Assembly (NCBI GenBank): GCA_036785375.1
Contig: JAWMAR010000423.1
Location: 372,001 to 436,000 of the forward strand
Length of the DNA: 64,000 nt
Reading direction: 5' to 3'
Source of the DNA: Leucoraja ocellata
Taxonomy: Eukaryota
Below the pieces are notes generated by a model. It was not told where the DNA came from and ran no database searches. It saw only the letters and a list, made by a program, of their open reading frames with translations. Each line of letters opens with the position of its first letter. Position 1 is the first letter of the stretch. Positions 48,501-57,500 of this stretch are shown here, piece by piece. The position numbers and the translations under genes were made by a program.

Positions 48501-51500
48501 CGATAATTCAACAGAACTAAATGATATGCAGCTCAGACTAGTAAAAAAAAAAACAAAAGGGGGAGATGGTAGAGGCTCTGGATACAAATGTTTGATATAC
48601 TAGGAACGGAAGCAGAAAACAATTGCAAGGATATTGCCACGGTGATTAAGGTACCAAGATTATTTTTCTCATTTGAAGAGTTTTTTTTTTAATGTAGTGT
48701 GGAACTAGGCCCTGAATCCATGCCGACAATTGTTCACTGGTTCTATATTATCCCTCTTCCGCATCCTACACACTAAGGGCAATTTGCAGAATCCAAATAA
48801 CCTACAAACCTGCATGTCTTTGGAATGTAAGAAGAAACACAGAGGAAATGTAAGAGGGAGAACATGCAAACTCCAAACAGACAGCACCCGAGGTCAGGAT
48901 CGAACCCAGATCTCTGGCACTGTGAGCCAACTGCTCTACCACTATGCCAGACTTGAAGGACTAAGTTGTAGGGAGAGATTGGGCAGGCTAGGACTTCATT
49001 CCACCCAAGGATGTGTTTGACTAAGCTTTCAATGTAACCCTACTGGTCAAAATAATCATAGACCATGGGATCCAAGGGTGAGAGGCAAACTAGATCCAGA
49101 ACCAACTCAGTGTCAGGAAGCAAACAATAATGGTTGATGAGTGTTTGAGACAAGAGGCAGTTAGCAGTGGGGGTTTCTCAGTACCTAGTACTTGATCCCT
49201 TGATCTTTCCCATTGCATATTCAATGATTTAGACTTAAATGTAGAGAGCATGACAACAAACAGCAGGATATTGGTGTGGAGAAACAAATAAATCTTGACA
49301 AGTATGTGCACAAGTACTTAATGGTGGCAGGACAGATCAATAAGGTGATACAAAAGATATACAGGATGCTTTGTTCTATTTACTGAAGCACTGAATGAAA
49401 GATAGGAATACCGAGAGGGAAGACTCCTGTGCCCTAAATGTATGAGGAGTCTGCAAATGTGGACAGACATAACGAGTGTGATGGAGAGACAGTTATTGAT
49501 GGGAGAGGCAGGAATCGAGGTGTGATGGGGAGAGGCAGAGGTTGATGGGGAGACAGGAGTGAATAAAGGAGATGGCGGATGTGATGGAGGAGACTGGGCT
49601 GCATGGGGCAGTGGGGGTTCTGATTTGGGGGAACCAGGGATGGGAGAGGAAGTGATGGAGAGGGCTGTGATGGTGGAGGCAGGGGGAAGATGGGAGAGGT
49701 GGAAGTTGATGTATGTAATGGTGAAGGGGCACACTGTGCAGTTATTTTTACCTGATCTTTCTGTTTCATCACAGGAGCCTGAATATTTAGACTTTGGAGC
49801 ACTAATATTAAGATTAGTGAGTGGACTGTAGGTTTCACACTCACTTCTATTGTTAGCTATCACTGTGTACATCTCTGCATGAATTTAACCATGGCTTGGT
49901 CTCCTGCTCCCCATCATTGGCTGTGGAAACTTGCACACGTGTGGATATTGGCAACCAGCTACAGCTGTCCTCAGCTGTGATAGTCCCCACCGTTCAATAG
50001 CTAAACCGCGCAAGTTCTTTAAGCTTGATGCATTACCGAAAGTTAATGGTGCGCAGTTAGAGTTGGCATCTACAATTCAGAGGAATGAAAGCAGAATGTG
50101 TCAGTGATGGCCAACGCGATGTGAAGATGGCAGCTTACTGATTGCCCCACTCTCTGTGAACCAGGTTCGCTGGCAAGTTGATGATAGCACACTGCTAGAG
50201 GAGGCCATTCCTGTTAATGGGCTGACATGCTTAGAGGGCACAGTCACTGATAAAACAATCTAGCTGCGTGTTTGCTCTTAGTTTTAAATGTAGATTGCAT
50301 GCTCTTTATGTAATTCCAATGGTTTCCTCACTAACAATTAACTGTTTGCTCTCCTCTTCCATCACCTACAAGTCTCCCTTTGACTTCCGGTTTGTAGCAA
50401 CACTTGTTGAGCAGACTGTCCTAATGACGTTGGTTCGGTTTAAGCATGGGCACATTAAGGATGTTCTCTTGATGGATGCATGATTGTGGAATTTGGTTTT
50501 CTAACTCCGCATCATACCAGGTTTTACAGAGGTCAAGCAGTCTGCTGCCAAAATGGCTTAGCTCGAGCACAAACGCCAACCAGGGAAACTACTATTACAA
50601 TCCAGCTGTTGTGCCACAGAATAACACTGGGAGGGCAGTGAGCGAAAGAGGCAAAGCACTCCACATCTGGGCTCCACATGGGCAGTCCTACCAGCAACAT
50701 ATCTCTCCCACATCCATTATAATTCACGTTCCTCTCCTCATCCATCCTCTTCTAATCTCTCTCCCACACTAAGTGTGACTTTCTGCCTCATTTCACCCCC
50801 TGCTCAAAAAGTGCTCACATTTCTTCCTCGGCCTTTTGTGTACTCATGCCTTTACTTTTCTCTTCCAAGCTGCGCTTCCAGTTTCCCTCCCCCTTTGTGC
50901 TTCTGTCCCACTCTCCATCCTTGCTCTGGTTTACATCCCGGCTCTGCCTCTCTCCCTCCTTCTGCCCCACTCTCCATTCAGTGAGAAGATTTGCTTGAGA
51001 TTTTGAAAGTTGGAGGGCTGCTTGTTATGGAGGGGTACCGTGGTCTTTGATTGTGTAACCCTGGATTGCATGAGTGAGATATGCCATTAGTTCCTTGATT
51101 GCTACAGGCAGTTGCACTGTCTCATCCTGTTCTTGTTTTCCTTCATTTCTTTCTGTTTGTTTCCTGCCCCCTCATTATTAGATTCTTTGCTTTGCCCTCT
51201 TCTTCTCTCCCTCTCACATTCTGCTCCTCTGCTTTGCTTTTCTTTTACTTCTCTTGTTGAAGTTGAGGCCCTTGTTGGAGCTCCGCGGCGAAGACCTCTT
51301 TCCTTCTGCCACTGCTGTACCCACGACAGAGGTAATGTAAACCAAGCCCTCAGAGGGTCACCTTAACCACACTGGGGTTCTCAAACCCTGAGGCTCAGTA
51401 CAGTTCCCTTGGACACCTGGTCAAGTGTAAATTGTGATCAAATACCGCACCCGCTGCAGGACCAGCTTCAGGGAGCCAGAGGTAAGAACGGCCAGAGAGC

Positions 51501-54500
51501 TGGAGCCGTCAAGAAGTTGAGGAAACCGATGGCTTCAAATTAGTGGGGCAGAGATAGAAGTGAATGGTACAGTCCCCCTGACGGATGGGTTAGGCCCATG
51601 GGACATTAAAGTGGTAGATGGTTTAGCCATGCCCCATTTGGCAACGTGCAAGATGGCGGTCAGTAGGGATAGCGTGAGTGTGTAGTGCCATGTCCCATCC
51701 CGACAATACATGCTGTTGTCAGCCTGCTCTGTCCCCCTCCTGTAGACCTCACGCCTGGGAATCCCCGACTGACAGGACCTCAGAGTGAGCATCAAAATTC
51801 GAAGCAAAGCCCCGTTTGATTAAGGCAGATGAATGGATTCAAATGCTCTCTTAGCTTTGGGGTTATCCTCTGCTAACAAGATAGAGCTCTCCACCCTTCA
51901 CCACCTCGGCCTTGGCCCCCATCTGACCACTCAACCCCATCCCTTGATCACAGGCTCCAACCACCAACCACCAAACCCTGCACTTGGCTCCACTCCTTGA
52001 TCCTGCTACTCCTCCCCACCCTTCTCCCTCACTCTACCTTGCCACTCAACCACAGCATGCAGGCACACACTTGGTCTGTCCCTTCAGTCACACCATCTCC
52101 CGTTCTCTGTGTGTTATCCTCCCTCCCCAGTTTCCTGGCCTTTTCTCCCCATTTCCTATTTCCCCATCATTTGCTTTTTCTTCCCATGGCCTTTCTCCTC
52201 ATCTCCCAATTCCCCTAATCAATTTTCCTCAGTGAATGGAAGGTTTCCTACGTCACACGTTTTCTCTCTCTCTCTCTCTCCATATTCTCCCCATCTCCCA
52301 CTTGCCCATTTCCCAAGCAGTTCCCCATAACTGTACAGTATATAATAGCGCCATTGATACACATATCCAGAGTAGCGAAGATCCTCCTATCTGACGCAAG
52401 TAATTTAATGGTTAACTACCTGAGGACTGATGGATCCATCACCATATCCTGTAATAACAAAGCTTTGAATTGGAAGATCAGCCTAATCTCTGCAGGATGA
52501 AAACTCAGTCAGCATTCTCCTCTAGACTGAAGTAGTGGCTGAAGAATAGATTCGGATCATCCCCAAAGGCCACTCCATCGTGCCGTCCTGGGTCAGAAAA
52601 AGACCGAGGGCTCTGGAGAGTGAGTGAGGCAGTGTGACATTAGTTTTAGTTGTGCCAGTATGGAGCCAGCTTTGGCACCATGGATCTAAAGGCAGAGAGA
52701 CTCAACCACTACCCCCACTGAGGTGAGAAGCTGGGCAATAAATGAGAAAGAATTGAGACGGAGTGGTTTCCTGAACCACCTCCCCCAAGGATCTTACTTC
52801 ACTGTGAGTGCACACGGGCTGGGAAGGAATGAGAGTCTTGCCGGTGCAGAAAATTGGCTTGTGGCGTAGACCAGAGCGTAATAGCTGTTCCTTGGGACTT
52901 TACTCTGCCTCTCTGCCTGCTTGCAGTGACTCACTCCATTCCACCCGCAGTAATCTCCACCTGGACTGACTTCTCATCTCAACGACTGGGCTTTATTTTC
53001 CCGTACCCTGCTTTTCTGTTCTGCAAGCACCCGTTTTGTTGAATGGCCTGAAATTTTCCCTTGGCTGAGAAACTTTCCATTCACTGAGGCACAGTACCTC
53101 CAAACCTTGGTCAGCTGACAGTGGAGACATCTGAGTTTTACCTGTAAAATGTGAAGTCTGGAGTCAGGTGCAATCCATAATGGTGAACAAGATTCAACCT
53201 GGGGCAGGGACTGAGAAAGCAAGAGGACTAGGGTTGCAGCCAGTGGTTCTACGCAGTAAGTACATAGGTTGCCAAAATACAAAGATGTGGGCGTGATTTA
53301 CCCCCTAGAGTAATTCCCACTGCACGTTAGATGATACAAGTACGCTATAGAAAGGTAGATTCAGGGAACTGCAGATGCTGAAATCTTGCTTAGAACACAC
53401 AGGAAGAAACTCAACAGGTCATGCAGCATCTCTGGAGAACATGGTTAGGCGACATTTTGGGACACGTCAGTAGAAGGGTTCTGATCCTAAACGTCACCTG
53501 TCCATGTCCTCCAGAGATGTTGCCTGACCCGCTGAGTTACTCCAACACTTTGTGTTCTACTCTGTTGAAAGATGGTTTAGATCTATGACCTTTGAGGCCA
53601 TTAAATCTAATTTGCACTAATTAAGCAAGTGTTCACATACAGCATGTAATTGTTGCACATTGGACAAATACTGTAGGTTGCCAAGGCTACCCTGTTTACC
53701 ATGCACATTCAGAAGTAGCAGCATTCTCTGATGCTCCCAGGTTGGTTGTGTGTTGCCCATTCAGTTCAAACGGGTTAGATGCGACTTTTGTTCATTGTTC
53801 AATCTAAGTGAATGCTAGTCAGTCACAAATCTAGCAGAGTCTGTCTGTGAACTGTCCCTTTGAGCTTGCAAGAAAGGAATAAATCAAGGGTGAGTTTCAA
53901 GCAAAATCTGCAAGTAAGGGTAGGAACACCAACCAATCAAACCCACATTATTGGGAGACGGTTTAAGCATTTACCTTGAATTTCTTCCAGCTGAAAACTT
54001 GTTACTGATTAAATGTTGTAAAGGAGCCCAAAGTACTTCTTACCATGTTACCGCCCTCCCCCTCCCTCCCCCTTCCCTAGAAAATGGATTTGCAATAAAC
54101 ACGTGCATCAGTTGGCATCTCACGGAAAAATGATTCCTTTACTCCCATCAAACCCACCACGGGCACCTCCTCCTCCCCCCCCACCCCCATTCACTTATCG
54201 TCCTTCTACCAATTCATTTGCACTTCACTCCTCCCAATTTCGCCATCACAGAACTCTCTACAAGGACAAGAGTAGTGACAATTTTATTCCTATCATACGT
54301 TGGTGGAGGAGAATGTTACAAACCTTGCCACACGTCTTGATATCACCAACCAATTGTTACAGGACATCGTAGGTTAAGTTTCACAAAAATTAATCATCCT
54401 TTTTTAAACAAATTAACATTACAACTTCCAAGTGTTATAAACCAATAAAATACCTTCCATAGAAGTGACCTATTACAAACCTGTCATTGTATTAATTTAA

Positions 54501-57500
54501 CACATTACAGAACTTACGTGTAATAAACTGCTACTACCGACCAACCATTATGTCAAGCTATCATTACAAAGCAACCAGTGTTTCAATCTAGTATGACAAG
54601 CTTGCTATTGTAACACGCTGATACTGTAGAGTTTCCACCCAACAAATTGGCACTGCAGATCAACCAAAATACCAGGTTAAAGTTGCAGGCCAGTCGTTGG
54701 TGTGAAGCTAACAATTAAACCTCACAGTTTAATCGACCAATATTACAGGCCTTCCATTTTTACAAACTGACAATACAGACCCCTTATTGTAATATACCAA
54801 TATAACAGAGCAATCATTATATAAAACTAATGAAACTAACTAAGATCACATTCCAATTAAAACAACATTGCGATTTTCCATTGTAACAAACTGACAAGGC
54901 AGACACACCATTATAAGGAACCAATATCACAGACTCTTAAACCAAAATCAAACTATAGATTTTAAGGAATTGAAATTAAGAACCTCTCATTATGGAGACC
55001 AATGTCACAACTGTAGTAAATCAACATTCCAGGCTTTCCTTTGTACAAAATGACACTACAGCTATCCTATTGCAATAGAATTGTAACAAGACTTCACCTG
55101 ATAACCTATTAACCTTACAATTTGTGAGATATGAGTTGTTTGCCAACTCAGCAAGTCTTTGAAGCCTGAGGCTTAATGCCAAAAGTAGGCTATGTCACAG
55201 CTCCCTACTCCGAAACAATATACAGGGAAAAGCACAGCAGTGCCTAGTGCATGGTGGAAGGAATAATAAGTAAGTGGGGTAAGAAAGAATGGTCAACGTT
55301 GAATCTCTAATCTACATCCAAGAACCATTATTTGCTTTGTTTCATATCCACATTCAGGCTAGAGGACACACAGACTGGGCTCAGGAAAGGGATTGTGTAG
55401 AATGGTGGGCACTACTGAGGTTCCATGAATGTCATCAGAATGAAAGCGTGTGCATATGCAGTGCATGTGATAATGTGTCTTAATGTGTAAGGTCTCTAAG
55501 ATTGTGTGAATGGGTGCACACAGGAGTTTAAAATTGTATTGGATGTCTCAGAATATGATGATTGTGTAACAAAACTTTTACAAACGAGTAATATGTGCAT
55601 GGCACATAATGCCTGAAAATGCCATAATATACACTATGAAGAGTAGCATACCTGTTAGAGACAGACAGGTTAGAATGAAATGACAATATTTTGTAGTTTA
55701 TGTAATCAATTGCGGATAGCCAGCCAGGTGAGTTGCAGGCTGCAACATTACCTAAAGATTTTGCAATTTATATATTAAATAAAAGATGATTGGGAGCAAG
55801 TTGTAGGCTCTGTCAATAAATATTGGGAAGTTTCCAGGTAGAATATCAGATACTTGGAAATAAGTTCAATGCCAGTCTAATTGAGAGATTTTCAGTGTTC
55901 AGGTACGGAATATTTACATCTGAGTGGTGAGTTACAGATTAGAATGTATTCAGTGGGTTTTGAAGGTTTATATTAGAATACCTGGAGTGAGTTATAGGCT
56001 GGAAACCAATCTATAGATATTGGGTGTAGACAAAAATGCTGGAGAAACTCAGCGGGTGAGGCAGCATCTATGGAGCGAAGGAAATAGGCGACGTTTCGGA
56101 TCGAGACCCTTCTTCAGACTCTATAGATATTGGGAGTTTATTTATAGAATAAGTTATAGAAGCAGGTTATAGGCTCAAATATGAACAATAATGATGGGGA
56201 TGTACAGCATATGTAGAATGGCAGATGTTGAAAGTAAGTTACTGACTGGAATCTAATTGAGAGATCTTTGGAGTTTACTTATGGAATAGTAGATGCCTGA
56301 AGGTTGAGTTTGAGTACAGAATCCAAGCAATAATTATTGGATACTTCGAAATTATTTACTGCCCAGAGTCCAAATAAGAATTTAATTATAAAATCTAATC
56401 AATAGATGTTGAGAATCAAATGGTGAATCCAAGGAAAAATCTATAATCTTACTGAGAACTGAAGGATTTGTAAGCAGAATCAGTAATAACGGAAGGAATT
56501 TGAGTTTAGATGACAAATATTTGTTGTTTATATCTTGATTAACATCGAGCTGGAAATTTTTTTTAATGTATAAATAGACTAAAAAGCTATTCAATAGGTT
56601 TGGGGTAGTTGAAGTCAATTATGTGCAGATTCTAACTGGATTTTTTTTAGCATTAGAAGCAAATGTAATATGTGGAAATATTGAAATTTTTAATACGTGG
56701 AAAAAAATATTTGAAATACTCTGCAGATCATGCACTATCTGTGAACCGAGAGATAGAGTCAATGTTTCAGACCAATGGCTTTTCTTGGAACTGGGAAAAG
56801 TTAGAAACGGAATGCATTTTGTTGTTTGGAGAGTGAGGGGGTGTCGGATAGAATGGAGACCGGGAGAGACTAAATAACACAAGCGTTGGCGGTGCCTGTT
56901 GAGAGAAGTTGGTGATGGTGTGCCTAGACGAGGCGCAAGTAAGAGGTGGCGAATAAAACCGTATTGTTGTTGTTACGAAATAAATTTGAAATAGCAGAAG
57001 AGATGAGAGGAATAAAAGAATGACTGCAGTAAATGTGAGATACAAGAATTGAACGTGTAGGAACGAACTGCAGATGCTCATTTAAACCCAAGATAGTCAC
57101 AAAAAGCTGGACTCAGTGGGTCAGACAGCATCTCTGGAGAAAAGGAATAGGTGACGTTTCGGGTCGAGATTCTTCTTCAGAATGGAATGCCTGAAACTGT
57201 TGGCTTTGTTGTTGAGCTGAGGACTGTATTGAGCCCAGACATAAGATGAGGTGCTGCTCCTCGAGCTAATAGCGCCCAATAATGTGGAGGGACAGCAGTA
57301 TTTCGAGGCAGATATTGGAGTGAGTGACAACCCAGAGGTAAAAAAAAAAGATTTGGATGGTTTAAAATAAATTAACAGACTGTCCAGGTCAATTCTGGGC
57401 ATGAACCACATCTTTTTCTTTTAGCATCTATTAGCAACTGGTTAGCATCTAATCAAGACATTCAGATGATCTATGTTCAGAATAATATCTAACTGGAAGT

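Noticed and set aside
49774-49825. Exon after ctttctgtttcatcacag
   Set aside because: It hits a stop after two codons in the required phase; there is no supporting homology.
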